A stretch of 64,000 nt of DNA from Candidatus Tectimicrobiota bacterium. GTDB lineage: Bacteria; JACPUC01. This document shows positions 39,026 through 48,814 of the stretch, piece by piece. Made by a program: the position numbers and the translations under genes. Every line of letters begins with the position of its first letter. The first letter of the stretch is position 1. A model generated the notes under the pieces. That model did not search any database. It was not told where the DNA came from and saw only the letters and a program-made list of their open reading frames with translations. The stretch lies in NCBI GenBank assembly GCA_016192455.1, contig JACPUC010000008.1, positions 248,001-312,000 on the forward strand. Direction: 5' to 3'.

Positions 39026-39199
39026 TCACACCGCACGACGCGTCCGCTGCTTCTCCCCCAACATCGGCGGATCGACCGAGGGATCGACCAGGGTCGCGTC
39101 GGGCGGAAGGGTCTCGTTAGGAATCGCGGCAACGACCTCCGACGCCAGGATCGGCAGATTGAGTAGCCGGTCCACGTAGCCGCGGTCGATGCCCTGGCG
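39026..39199 (-). pseudogene. Degenerate fragment resembling the small HTH gene or C-terminal domain associated with large serine recombinases
   Basis: Frame with no upstream start reads RQGIDRGYVDRLLNLPILASEVVAAIPNETLPPDATLVDPSVDPPMLGEKQR, matching from memory the pattern YVSRxxxLxxLAPDIVxAIL...PxxWxEQR. Confidence 0.55.
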
Positions 39200-39469
39200 C
39201 TTTCGTCCGCTCTCCCCGCCCCTCTTACCTGGGCCCCCTCCTTGGACAACCCCACCACCTCAAACCAGGCGCCTTGCCAGCCCCTTGACAATCCCCTCAA
39301 TCCTGTCCAAAAGGGGATCAGAGAGTACCTTCCAGAGGGTTCGAAGCACAGCCGAGGCCGAGCTTCTGGGCTCAAGGCAGTCCTCGACGCGGCGCACGCC
39401 GCAGCCGGGGGCGGGTGATGAGGTTGCGCAGAAGCCACGCGCGGGAGCACGAAAGCATGGGGTGGAACC

Positions 39470-40867
39470 GTGGGGAACGCTGAGGGGGCGCCGGACCGCA
39501 TCGCGGACATCCAGAAGCTCTCGCGGCGGGAGCTGGAGGCGCTGCAGTGGGCGCGCCTCCGGGAGACGATCGAGCGCGTCATGGCGCAGAGCCCCTTCTA
39601 CCAGCAGCTCTACCGGAAACAGCACCTGAAGCTCGACAAGATCACCTCGCGCGACGCCTTCTGCGAGATGGTGCCGATGATCGACAAGAAGATGCTGCTC
39701 GCCGATCAGGAGGCCGCCCCGCCCTTCGGCACGCGCCTGCTGACCCCCGAGCAGGAGATCATGCACACCTGCATGACCAGCGGCACCACCGGCCTCGGCC
39801 AGGAGGTGCACCCCTTCAGCTTCGCCGACATGGCCGTGCTGGCGGAGAGCTGGGGCACCATGTTCCGCTGGCGCGGCCTCGTGCCGGGCGACCGCATCTA
39901 CCTCTTCTGGCCCGTCGCGGTGCAGATCGCCGGCCTCTCGATGGCCTACGCCATGCAGGAGTTCAAGGCGAGCTGCTTCTTCGGCGCCACCCTGGACACG
40001 GAGCGCAAGCTGCGCACCATGCAGCGTTTCCCGCCGCACGGCATCATCACGGTGCCGGCGTACTTGACGCGACTGACGGTGCTCTGCCAAGAGATGGGCA
40101 TCGAGCCGCGGCGCGACTTCCCCACCCTGAAGATGATCGACGCCTCCACCCAGGCCTTCAGCACCGGCTGGGTGCGGGAGATGGAGGAGTTCTGGGGCGT
40201 GCCGCTGGCCGAGCTCTACGGCAGCTCGCAGTCGGCTCCGGGTGTCATGTTTTCGGGCCGCGGCGACGTGCTGCGAGCCGACGGCAGCCGCGGCCTCCTC
40301 TGCGCCATGGAGCATACGCTCTACTTCGAGGTTCTCGACCGCGGCACGGGAAAGCCGGTGCGCTCCGGCGAGGAGGGAGAGCTCGTCATCACGAACTTCC
40401 GCCGCACGACGCCGCTCATCCGCTTCCGCATGGAGGACCGCGTCACCTACTACGACCACACCCACTGCCGCCAGGGCTACCCCTTCGCCGGCCTGCAGTG
40501 CGGCACCATCGCCCGCTACGACGACATGATGAAGATCAAGGGGCAGAACGTTTGGCCGGAGGCCATCGATGAGGTCGTCTTCAGCTTCTCGCCGGTGTCG
40601 GAGTATAACGGGCGCGTCTACATCGACGCGAAGGGACGCGAGGTGGCGGCCATCAGTTTCGAGCTGAAGCGCGCCGCGCGTCTGAACGAGGAGGACCTGG
40701 AGGCGCTGACGGAGAGGATGGGAGAGAAACTGCGCAGCCACCTCGGCGTGTCATTCCACCTTCAGATCGCCCCCCATGGCACGGTGGAGCGCTTCACCTT
40801 CAAGGCGCGCCGCTGGACCGACGAGCGGCGCACGGGCCGGCAGGTCGAGAAGTACCTGGCAACGTGA
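39470..40867 (+). CDS. Phenylacetate-CoA-ligase-family (PaaK-like) adenylate-forming enzyme
   Basis: TSGTTG, ELYGSSQ, GELVITN, PLIRFRMED, RYDDMMKIKGQNVWP. Confidence 0.85.
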   Translation: MGNAEGAPDRIADIQKLSRRELEALQWARLRETIERVMAQSPFYQQLYRKQHLKLDKITSRDAFCEMVPMIDKKMLLADQEAAPPFGTRLLTPEQEIMHTCMTSGTTGLGQEVHPFSFADMAVLAESWGTMFRWRGLVPGDRIYLFWPVAVQIAGLSMAYAMQEFKASCFFGATLDTERKLRTMQRFPPHGIITVPAYLTRLTVLCQEMGIEPRRDFPTLKMIDASTQAFSTGWVREMEEFWGVPLAELYGSSQSAPGVMFSGRGDVLRADGSRGLLCAMEHTLYFEVLDRGTGKPVRSGEEGELVITNFRRTTPLIRFRMEDRVTYYDHTHCRQGYPFAGLQCGTIARYDDMMKIKGQNVWPEAIDEVVFSFSPVSEYNGRVYIDAKGREVAAISFELKRAARLNEEDLEALTERMGEKLRSHLGVSFHLQIAPHGTVERFTFKARRWTDERRTGRQVEKYLAT

Positions 40868-40917
40868 TGGCCCGGTGAGCTGCCCCGCCTCCCCAGCCTT
40901 TGGAAAGGTTCCGGAGC

Positions 40918-42156
40918 ATGCCGCACTTTCGAGATCCTCTTCCCACCTCTGGACGGACGAGGGAGGTTTCCCCGTCAGCGACCCAGGGGAACGGCTCAGC
41001 CACGGCCGGAGCCGCGGAGGCCGCCGCGCCTGCCCCAGCGGCCGTGCCGCGGTTGACCACCCCTATCGTGGGGCCGCGGGAGCAGTTCGACCAGCGTCAG
41101 CAGAACCATACCCGCATCTCCCTCGGCGAGCTGGGGGAGAAGGCCGCTGCCGCCTGGAACAGCGAGTCGGTCGATCCCTTCCGGCGCATCTTCTACCCGC
41201 TCAACCGGCCGCAAAATGTCGCCATGCGCTCCTGGCTGAAAGTGGCGGATGGGCCGCTCAACCCGCAGCGGGTCGAGGTGCGCAACCCGGCGAAGATGTC
41301 CGAGATTATCAAGGGAGTGGGGAAGTTCCTCGGCGCCAGCGAGGTGGGCATCTGCGAGCTCGACCCGGCGTACGTCTACAGCCACCGCGGCCTGCGCATC
41401 GACTTCTACAAGGGGCGCGCCGGCACGCCGATCACCCTCACGCACCGCTACGCTATCTCCATCCTCATCGAGATGGACTACCCGAATTTCCGCAACTCGC
41501 CGGGGTTCATCGATGACGCCGCGGTGGGGAAGGGCTACCTGGAGACGGCGAAGGTGGCCGTCTCCCTGGCCGGGTATATCCGCGAGCTCGGCTACCCCGC
41601 CAAGGCGCACTTCCACCTCGAGGAGGAGGTGCTGCACATCCCCATCGCCGTCATGGCGGGGTTGGGCGAGCTGGCCCGCAACGGCTCCATGATCACCCGC
41701 AAGTACGGCCCGCGCCACCGCCTTGCCACGGTGACGACCGACCTCCCCCTGGCCGTCGACCAGCCGGTGGACCTCGGCGTGCAGAAGCTCTGCCGCATGT
41801 GCACGAAGTGCGCCGTGAGCTGCCCGGTGCAGGCGATCCCGAAGGAGAACGAGCTGCCCGTCATTCGCGGCGTGCAGAAGTGGTACCTCGACAACGACGC
41901 CTGCGCCACCTACTGGACCGCCAACTGGAAGCGCTGGAACTCCTGCGCCCGCTGCATCGCCGTCTGCCCCTGGAACCGCCCGTGGAACCGGCGGCAGCGC
42001 CTCGCCACCTGGCTGGTGCCGCGCTCGAAGCTGGCGCGCCGCCTCCTCTTGAAGCTCGACGACCTGCTGCGCGGCAAACGACCCAACCCGCAGGTCGAGT
42101 GGCTCTACTATAAGCAGAAAGGCGTGAAGGACGCCGGACTCTACGTGGTGGAGTGA
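40918..42156 (+). CDS. Reductive-dehalogenase/QueG-like cobalamin and 2x[4Fe-4S] protein
   Basis: FLGASEVGIC, LAGYIRELGYPAKAH, AGLGELARNG..YGPRHRL..VTTDLPL, CRMCTKCAVSCP and C...CARCIAVCPW; no TAT signal. Confidence 0.8.
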   Translation: MPHFRDPLPTSGRTREVSPSATQGNGSATAGAAEAAAPAPAAVPRLTTPIVGPREQFDQRQQNHTRISLGELGEKAAAAWNSESVDPFRRIFYPLNRPQNVAMRSWLKVADGPLNPQRVEVRNPAKMSEIIKGVGKFLGASEVGICELDPAYVYSHRGLRIDFYKGRAGTPITLTHRYAISILIEMDYPNFRNSPGFIDDAAVGKGYLETAKVAVSLAGYIRELGYPAKAHFHLEEEVLHIPIAVMAGLGELARNGSMITRKYGPRHRLATVTTDLPLAVDQPVDLGVQKLCRMCTKCAVSCPVQAIPKENELPVIRGVQKWYLDNDACATYWTANWKRWNSCARCIAVCPWNRPWNRRQRLATWLVPRSKLARRLLLKLDDLLRGKRPNPQVEWLYYKQKGVKDAGLYVVE

Positions 42157-42239
42157 CGGCGGCGTCGTGCTGCCGCTGCTTCACCCCGTCCCTCGCTCAA
42201 ATCCCGCCACCATGCACCACTGCGTTTAGGGACGACCCG

Positions 42240-43787
42240 ATGTCGAAGATGACCCCACCCGCCGCCACCCGCCCCTTCCCAGGCCGCATGCCAGCCGGCA
42301 TGCCGAACCCCTTCGGCAAGTTGCGGTACGGCTCCTTCCAGCAGCTCACCCCTTCCTGCTACATCTTCCGCAACATCGTCAACTCCGGGGTGGTGATCAC
42401 GGCGGACGGCGTGGCCGTGGTGGACACGCAGATCAACGAGCCGATGGCGCGGCGGCTGCTGGCGGCGATCCGCGGCGTGACGGACGCGCCCATCCGCTAC
42501 GCCGTCAACACCCACTACCACTGGGACCACTGGGCCGGCAACAACGTCCTGCGCGAGGCCGGCGCCACCCTCATCTGCGGCGCCTTGACACGGCACTTCA
42601 TGGAGGTGCGCAACCGGCGTCAGCGCGCCTTCCTGCAATCGCGCGGCTTCTCGCTGCCGCCTGATGATCCGGCAAAACCAGACGTCACGTTCGAGGGCGA
42701 GCTGACCCTGCGGCTCGGCACCGTGCCGCTCCACCTCCTGTTCCTGGGACGCGCCGAGACGGATGATGCCACGGCCGTCTGGGTGCCCACGGAGCGCTGC
42801 GCAATGAGCGGCGATACGCTCATGACCGGCAGCTTCCCCATCCTCGGCCAGCCGGTGATGAACGAGGGTCTCTCCGACAACCGAGACTGGATCAAAACCC
42901 TCCAGCGCCTCAAGTCCCTTGACCCGGAGCGCATCATCCCCGGTCATGGCAACCCGGGCGGGAATGCGGAGATCGACTTCTTCATCGAGCTGCAGGCATA
43001 CTTCCTCGACGCCGTGGCGGCGCTCCTCGATGAGGGGCTGCCGCCGCACACCATCATCGAGCGCGTCGAGGCGGAGCTGCCCGAGCGCTACGCCAGTCTC
43101 GCCGAGGTATGGGGAACACCGCGCTACGCCATCCTGCGCGTGCTCCACAGCATGACCGGCTGGCAGCAGGTGAAACCCTCCGCCCTGCCAGCGGCGCGGC
43201 CCGACGAGGTGGCAGCCGCCCTCGCCGCGCTCGAACCCGATGCGTCCCGCTACATCGAAGCTGCTCAGGAGGCGGAACCGGGGAACCCCGGCCTCGCCCT
43301 GGCGATCATGGACGCGGCGGTGCGCGAGTTTCCCAACGATCCCCTGCTCTGGGTGCGGCGCGGCCAGCTCTACCTGCAGGGCTCGCGCAACGCGCGCTCC
43401 GTGCTGGAGCGGGGGGACTACTTCATCGAGGTGCGCCGCTCCGCGGAACGCGCCCTGGCGTGTGATCCGGAGTGCGCGCCCGGGCTCGTGCTCCTGGGGT
43501 CGTACCTGGCGATGGGGGCGTACCGAAACGGCGATGATCCCGCCGAAGCAATGACCTACCTCAGCAAGGCTCTGCGCACGAGCCTCTCGCAGCGCGACGA
43601 GGCGAAGGTACACTGCTACCTGGGTCTCTGCTGTCGCGCCCGAGAGGATGAGGCATCGGCGCGCGCTTCGTTCGAGAAGGCGCTGGAGCTTGACCCCTCG
43701 TACATGCCGGCTCGGCTGGCGATGCTGGGGGGGCAGGAGGAGGCGTCGAACGAAGCCGGCGCTCGCCAGGAAGACAGCACTCAGTAA
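42240..43787 (+). CDS. MBL-fold metallo-hydrolase with C-terminal TPRs
   Basis: NTHYHWDHWAGN, SGD, IIPGHG; C-terminal helical repeats. Confidence 0.85.
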   Translation: MSKMTPPAATRPFPGRMPAGMPNPFGKLRYGSFQQLTPSCYIFRNIVNSGVVITADGVAVVDTQINEPMARRLLAAIRGVTDAPIRYAVNTHYHWDHWAGNNVLREAGATLICGALTRHFMEVRNRRQRAFLQSRGFSLPPDDPAKPDVTFEGELTLRLGTVPLHLLFLGRAETDDATAVWVPTERCAMSGDTLMTGSFPILGQPVMNEGLSDNRDWIKTLQRLKSLDPERIIPGHGNPGGNAEIDFFIELQAYFLDAVAALLDEGLPPHTIIERVEAELPERYASLAEVWGTPRYAILRVLHSMTGWQQVKPSALPAARPDEVAAALAALEPDASRYIEAAQEAEPGNPGLALAIMDAAVREFPNDPLLWVRRGQLYLQGSRNARSVLERGDYFIEVRRSAERALACDPECAPGLVLLGSYLAMGAYRNGDDPAEAMTYLSKALRTSLSQRDEAKVHCYLGLCCRAREDEASARASFEKALELDPSYMPARLAMLGGQEEASNEAGARQEDSTQ

Positions 43788-43859
43788 GGGAACGGCGGGT
43801 TGACGAGCGTGAGAAGAACGGGGAGGGAGGGTCCCTGCGACAGAGAACCTTGCTGCCGC

Positions 43860-44075
43860 AAAAAAATTAAGGGACCGAGAACAACTTCGGGGGGGCAGGA
43901 GGTGCCCTCGGTCCCTTCGCCTACTCCGCAACTACCCGGCGTCGTAGTCGGCTGTGTCGGCTGAGGCTCTGCCGGGTAATTGCAGAGCAAGCTGTCCGCA
44001 ACAAGGAACTATGTCATAAGTCCTGCGAGAGCCACCGGAATCGAGGTCGGCTGCATCGGCATCGGCTGGTGACTC
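43860..44075 (-). ncRNA. Candidate structured small RNA with terminator; 5' end unknown
   Basis: Two long hairpins that fold with G.U pairs only on the minus strand, a U-run, a C-rich loop and repeated CAGCCGAC. Confidence 0.45.
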
Positions 44076-44141
44076 TCGCTTGGGCTTCTGAACGGTCCAG
44101 GGAATTGGAGGAGGAGGTCTATCCCAACTGTTCCGTTCGGG

Positions 44142-44211
44142 TTGTAATATGGACTGGACCGCGGTATAATGCAATCGAAAATATTTAATTTTATCTATTA
44201 GAATGGCTGAT
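44142..44211 (+). promoter_or_regulatory. sigma70 promoter and LysR-type T-N11-A site upstream of the LysR gene
   Basis: TTGTAA-17-TATAAT (44142-44170); ATTAG-AATGG-CTGAT dyad at 44197-44211. Confidence 0.65.
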
Positions 44212-44248
44212 TGAAGGGCTGGTGACGGCCCAGCACGGGAGTCGGGCC

Positions 44249-45172
44249 ATGGACCTGTTGAACTTCAAGATCTTCTGCGATGTCGTGGAGACCAGGAGTT
44301 TCACCAAGGCGGCGGCGCGGAACTACCTCTCCCAGTCAGCGGTGAGCCAGCAGGTGCGCTCGATTGAGGAGGAGCTCAATGAGACGCTGATCAACCGCGG
44401 GCGCGGCACGCTCGAGCTCACCGAGGCCGGGGAGATTTTCCTGGTGGGAAGCCGCAGCATCCTGCAGAGTTTCGAGGAGATCAAGGCGCGGCTCGCGGCG
44501 ACGAAACGCGAGGTCAGCGGCGCCATCCGCATCTCCAGCACCTACAGCATCGGCCTCTATGAGCTGCCCCCCTACCTGCAGCGGTTCATCCAGCTCTACC
44601 CCAACGTGCAGATGAGCGTGGACTATCGCCACACCCCCGATATTTACGAGGACGTGATCAGCAAGCGCGTTGACCTGGGGTTTGTCGCCTACCCATCACC
44701 TCGGCCGCAGCTCACCATCCACCCCTTCCGGGAGGACCGTCTGACGCTGGTGTGCCATCCTGACCACCCCTTCAGCAAGCTGAGCAGCATTGATCCTCGG
44801 CAGCTCCACGAGCAACCGTTCGTCGCCTTCAGCCGCGTCACCCCGACGAGCAAGGCGATCCGCCGCATCCTCAAGCGGGCTCACGCGCAGGTCCGCATCG
44901 TCATGGAGTTCGATAACATCGAGCTCATCAAGCGCGCCGTGGAGATCAACGGCGGCGTGTCGATTGTGCCCTGGCACACCATCCTGCCGCAGGTGCAGAA
45001 TGGCGTGCTCGCCGCGGTGCCGCTGCGCAACGCCAACGATCTGCGTCCCCTCGGTGTGCTGCTGCGCAAGGAACGCATCCTCCCCACGGCGGTGCTGCGA
45101 TTCCTTGATCTGCTCGAAGAGCCGCTCGACATCGCGAACCACATGAAGGCGAGCAAGTCCGCGGGCCGCTAG
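44249..45172 (+). CDS. LysR-family transcriptional regulator
   Basis: SFTKAAARNYLSQSAVSQQVRSIEEEL HTH plus a substrate-binding domain. Confidence 0.95.
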   Translation: MDLLNFKIFCDVVETRSFTKAAARNYLSQSAVSQQVRSIEEELNETLINRGRGTLELTEAGEIFLVGSRSILQSFEEIKARLAATKREVSGAIRISSTYSIGLYELPPYLQRFIQLYPNVQMSVDYRHTPDIYEDVISKRVDLGFVAYPSPRPQLTIHPFREDRLTLVCHPDHPFSKLSSIDPRQLHEQPFVAFSRVTPTSKAIRRILKRAHAQVRIVMEFDNIELIKRAVEINGGVSIVPWHTILPQVQNGVLAAVPLRNANDLRPLGVLLRKERILPTAVLRFLDLLEEPLDIANHMKASKSAGR

Positions 45173-45220
45173 CGCCGCTCCCTAGCATGGCCTCCAGGCG
45201 CCCACAAGGAGCCTTCTCTG

Positions 45221-45649
45221 ATGGCCGAGCGCGACTATGCCAAGATTTTCCCACGGGTGAAGGAGACCTCACCCTTCTACCAGTTGCTGGGAATTGAAGA
45301 GGTCGAGGTGCGGGAGGGCTATGCCAGCCTGCGGATGGAGTTTCGTCCTCAACTCACCCACTCCTATGGCATCGTCCATGGCGGGGCGATGACCGCCCTG
45401 ATCGACTCCACCGGGGCGGTTGCGCTCCTCACCCGCGTGAGGCGAGGGGAGACAGTCACCACCATCGAGCTGAAGGTGAACTTCCTCGCCTCGGTCGCCG
45501 CGGGGAGGATGACGGCCGAAGCCGTCATCGTGCACCACGGCCGCCGCACCGCCGTGATCGACTGCACCGTGACCCGCGGCGACGGCAAAAAAGTGGCGAA
45601 GGCGCTCCTGACGTACATGATCCTCCAGCCCGAGGCCGCGGCAGGGTGA
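45221..45649 (+). CDS. PaaI-family hotdog thioesterase
   Basis: GIVHGGAMTALIDS, TIELKVNFL. Confidence 0.9.
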   Translation: MAERDYAKIFPRVKETSPFYQLLGIEEVEVREGYASLRMEFRPQLTHSYGIVHGGAMTALIDSTGAVALLTRVRRGETVTTIELKVNFLASVAAGRMTAEAVIVHHGRRTAVIDCTVTRGDGKKVAKALLTYMILQPEAAAG

Positions 45650-45689
45650 TGGGCCGCCGCAGCCGCGAAGGATTTCGCGCGAGCGCGTC

Positions 45690-46703
45690 ATGGGGCGTTC
45701 CGCGACCGACGCAGGGAAGACGCGCATGCACCGTTCTACGTCCGCCGTGATGGGATTTCCCGCCTTGTCGTCGGCGATGCTGCTCCACCCAGGGCGGGAG
45801 CCGGCCGCGGCATGGCGCAGACTGCCTCGCCGCTTCTGCGCCCTTCTCTTCCTCCTCGCCGCGGCCGCTGGCCTGCCCCTCTGGGTCGATGCACCTGCGG
45901 CCATCGCGGCGGCTCCGGCGGCGGGGGCGGAGCAGGACGACGCCCCGCGCTCCGGCGCGCTTCTGGACCGCACGCTGCTGCGCGCGCACCTGGCCTTTCG
46001 CAGCGGGGCGCTCGACCGTGCCACGCTCATCTACCGCGCACTCTCCACGCGCGATCCGGCGGCGCGCGCCGCGCCGGCGCCGCAAGCGCTGCGGGAAGCC
46101 GCGGGGTACCAGCTTGGCCGCCTCGCCCAGGCGCAGCGGCAGTATCAGCGCGCCGAGGGCCGCTGGCTATCCTTTCTTCAGCGCCACCCGCACTCGAGGC
46201 GCCTGGCGCATGCCGCAGCCCATCGCGAGCTCGCCAGCGCGCTCCGTCACGTCACCGCGGGCGAACTGCAGCAGGCCTTGCAGCGCCTGCGCGCTCTCCT
46301 CCATCGCGGCGAGCCCCGTCCGCCTCGGGAGGTCATCAGCCGCATCCGCCAGGATGCAAGCGTCATCGCGCTGCTGCAGCAACGCCAAATCGCGCTCGAT
46401 CAGCGGGACCTGGACCTCTACCTCCAGGTCGTCGATCCCGCCTACGCCGGGCCCGGTGGCATGAAGGGGCTGCGGGCGCGTCTCGGCCTCCTCTTCAAGC
46501 GCTTCCAGCACATCCGCATGCGCTACCGCAGCGTGCACCTCGAGGTGCGCTCCGACACCGCCCATGTGGAGGCTGACGCTGAACTGCGCCTGGACGGGGC
46601 GGCGAACCCGACCGAGGCGCTCCACTTCACCACGCATGACTCCCTTGACCTGCGGCACGGCCCCAACGGCTGGCGCATTACGGCAGGTCTGAGTGGCTGG
46701 TAA
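45690..46703 (+). CDS. Putative exported protein with TPR-like and NTF2-like domains
   Basis: Signal-like segment, helical region, C-terminal NTF2-like GWRIT strand; start uncertain. Confidence 0.5.
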   Translation: MGRSATDAGKTRMHRSTSAVMGFPALSSAMLLHPGREPAAAWRRLPRRFCALLFLLAAAAGLPLWVDAPAAIAAAPAAGAEQDDAPRSGALLDRTLLRAHLAFRSGALDRATLIYRALSTRDPAARAAPAPQALREAAGYQLGRLAQAQRQYQRAEGRWLSFLQRHPHSRRLAHAAAHRELASALRHVTAGELQQALQRLRALLHRGEPRPPREVISRIRQDASVIALLQQRQIALDQRDLDLYLQVVDPAYAGPGGMKGLRARLGLLFKRFQHIRMRYRSVHLEVRSDTAHVEADAELRLDGAANPTEALHFTTHDSLDLRHGPNGWRITAGLSGW

Positions 46704-46846
46704 AACCGGCGGCCGGGGAACGCTGCAGGAACGTGGCGACGCCGGCGGGTATCAGCGGCCACGCGACAGCCCGTGCGAGGCTGGAACGGGAACATGATAC
46801 GAGAAGAGAGGTGCGCCTCGCGCCGCCGATTCATGAGGACGCAGGC

Positions 46847-47851
46847 ATGGGCTCGGATTCAACGCTCGTCTACTCGCGGCGCTTCCGCGTCAAGACCATC
46901 GAGGCCGCGAGGTTGCGCGCCTCGTTCGCCGAGGATGTGCGGCAGGGCTTGAGCGCCAGGTCCAAACGGCTGTCGCCGAGGTACTTTTACGATGATCAGG
47001 GCTCGCAGCTCTTCGAGCGCATCACCGAGCTGCCGGAGTACTACCTGACGCGCACGGAGACGGAAACCCTGCGGCGGCATGTGGGCGCGATGCTGCAGGG
47101 GGTTGATGCGGAGACGGCGCTCGTCGAGCTCGGCAGCGGCAGCTCAACGAAGACGCGCCTCATTTTCGACGCCTTCTTGCAACGCTCGGCAACCCTGCAC
47201 TACCTGCCCGTGGACATCTCGAAAACCATGCTGGTGCAGAGTTGCCGCACCCTCCTGAAGGAGTATGAAGCTCTGGAGATCACCGGCTACGTGGCGCGGT
47301 ACGAGGAGGCCCTTGCCGCCATCGGGCAGGCGGAGCTTGGCCGCAAGCTCATCTTCTTCCTAGGCTCCAGCATCGGCAACCTGGAGCCGCACCAGGCCCG
47401 GGACTTCCTGGCGCGCCTCGCCGGCGCCATGTCGGCGGATGACGCCGCCATCATCGGCTTCGATGCCCAGAAGGAGGTGCGTCTCCTCGAAGCGGCGTAC
47501 AACGATGCCCAGGGGGTGACGGCGGCGTTTAACCTCAACCTCTTGCGTCGCATCAACCGCGAGCTGGCGGCGAACTTCGACCTCGAGGCCTTCGCGCACT
47601 ACGCCCCGTACAACATCCAGGAAGGCCGCATCGAGATGCACCTCGTGAGCACCAGGGAGCAACTCGTCACCATCGGGACGATGGGCCAGCAGGTCGCTCT
47701 GCGCCGCGGCGAGTCGATCCATACCGAGAATTCCTACAAGTATACGCGGGCGCAGATCCAGGACCTCGCCGAGAGCGCCGGGCTGCGTCTGGACAGAACC
47801 TGGACGGATGCGGGCGAGATGTTCTTCCTCTGCCGCTTCCTCCTGGCCTGA
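46847..47851 (+). CDS. egtD: L-histidine N-alpha-trimethyltransferase
   Basis: YFYDDQGSQLFERITELPEYYLTRTE, ELGSGSS.KT, AYNDAQGVTAAFNLN, IHTENSYKY. Confidence 0.93.
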   Translation: MGSDSTLVYSRRFRVKTIEAARLRASFAEDVRQGLSARSKRLSPRYFYDDQGSQLFERITELPEYYLTRTETETLRRHVGAMLQGVDAETALVELGSGSSTKTRLIFDAFLQRSATLHYLPVDISKTMLVQSCRTLLKEYEALEITGYVARYEEALAAIGQAELGRKLIFFLGSSIGNLEPHQARDFLARLAGAMSADDAAIIGFDAQKEVRLLEAAYNDAQGVTAAFNLNLLRRINRELAANFDLEAFAHYAPYNIQEGRIEMHLVSTREQLVTIGTMGQQVALRRGESIHTENSYKYTRAQIQDLAESAGLRLDRTWTDAGEMFFLCRFLLA

Positions 47852-47992
47852 CCTTGCCCCTGACGCTCTCTGCCCGAGACCGCGCGAGCACTCCGCTGAG
47901 CGGACGCCGCGCGGCCCGGGAAGGGGCTGCCGCCCGCACCGCATTGGCGCCTGCGGGGCGCTGCCTGCCGCTCTGGAACAGCGATTTCTGCC

Positions 47993-48724
47993 ATGTCCCA
48001 GATCATCTTTGAGCATATCTCCAAGACGTACGGCGCCACGGCGGCGTTGCGCGACCTCTGCCTCGAGTTCCCCGACAAGATGACGACCGCCGTGGTGGGC
48101 ACGAGCGGCAGCGGCAAGTCCACGCTGCTCCAGCACATCAACGGCCTTGTCCTTCCCTCGCGGGGGGTCGTGAAGGTCTTCGAGGAGCCGATCGACTACG
48201 CGCGCCTGCGGCAGTTGCGCCTGCGCATCGGGTACGCCGTGCAGGGGAGCGGCCTCTTCCCCCACCTCACGGCGAAGCAGAACATCACGCTGCTGGCGCG
48301 CCTGCAGAAATGGGAGCGGCCCCGCCTCGAGGCGCGCGCCGAGGAGCTGATGCGGCTGGTGAACCTGCCGCTCGACTACGCGCCTCGCTACCCCCACGAG
48401 CTGAGCGGCGGCGAGCAGCAGCGCGTCGGCCTCTGTCGCGCCATGATGCTGGACCCGCCCATCTTCCTCCTCGATGAAGCGTTTGGAGCCCTCGATCCCA
48501 TCACCCGCGGCGAGGTCCACGAGGAGTTCCTGAGGCTGCAGCGCGCCGCGCCGCGCACCGTCGTCCTCGTCACGCACGACGTGCGCGAAGCCTTGAAGCT
48601 TGGCGACTACCTGGTGGTGCTCTCGAAGGGGGAGCTTCAGCAGGCGGGGCCGTGCGAGGAGGTCGTCGCCTCGCCCGCCACGGAGTTCGTGCGACAGTTT
48701 CTGCGGACGCAACTCGAGACGTGA
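47993..48724 (+). CDS. ABC ATP-binding subunit, osmoprotectant (OpuA/OsmV) type
   Basis: GTSGSGKST, RYPHELSGGEQQRVG, LLDEAFGALD. Confidence 0.92.
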   Translation: MSQIIFEHISKTYGATAALRDLCLEFPDKMTTAVVGTSGSGKSTLLQHINGLVLPSRGVVKVFEEPIDYARLRQLRLRIGYAVQGSGLFPHLTAKQNITLLARLQKWERPRLEARAEELMRLVNLPLDYAPRYPHELSGGEQQRVGLCRAMMLDPPIFLLDEAFGALDPITRGEVHEEFLRLQRAAPRTVVLVTHDVREALKLGDYLVVLSKGELQQAGPCEEVVASPATEFVRQFLRTQLET

Positions 48725-48814
48725 GTGGTCCTGCGGCGAGAACCGGCGGACGGCCAGGGGAGGCGCGGCTCTTGCTCTCCTCGAAGCCCGGATCACCATC
48801 CGGAGAGCGGCGGC

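Larger units (their letters stand above)
28532..39200. mobile_element. Decayed composite genomic island(s) at the tmRNA 3' end; no intact integrase
   Basis: 190-bp ssrA 3' duplication at 35063-35252, metal-resistance and AbiE cargo, visibly less GC-extreme codon usage, tRNA-end fragment and recombinase-module remnant; right boundary approximate. Confidence 0.75.

Noticed and set aside
40918-42156. Organohalide-respiring RdhAB
   Set aside because: No twin-arginine signal and no rdhB membrane anchor
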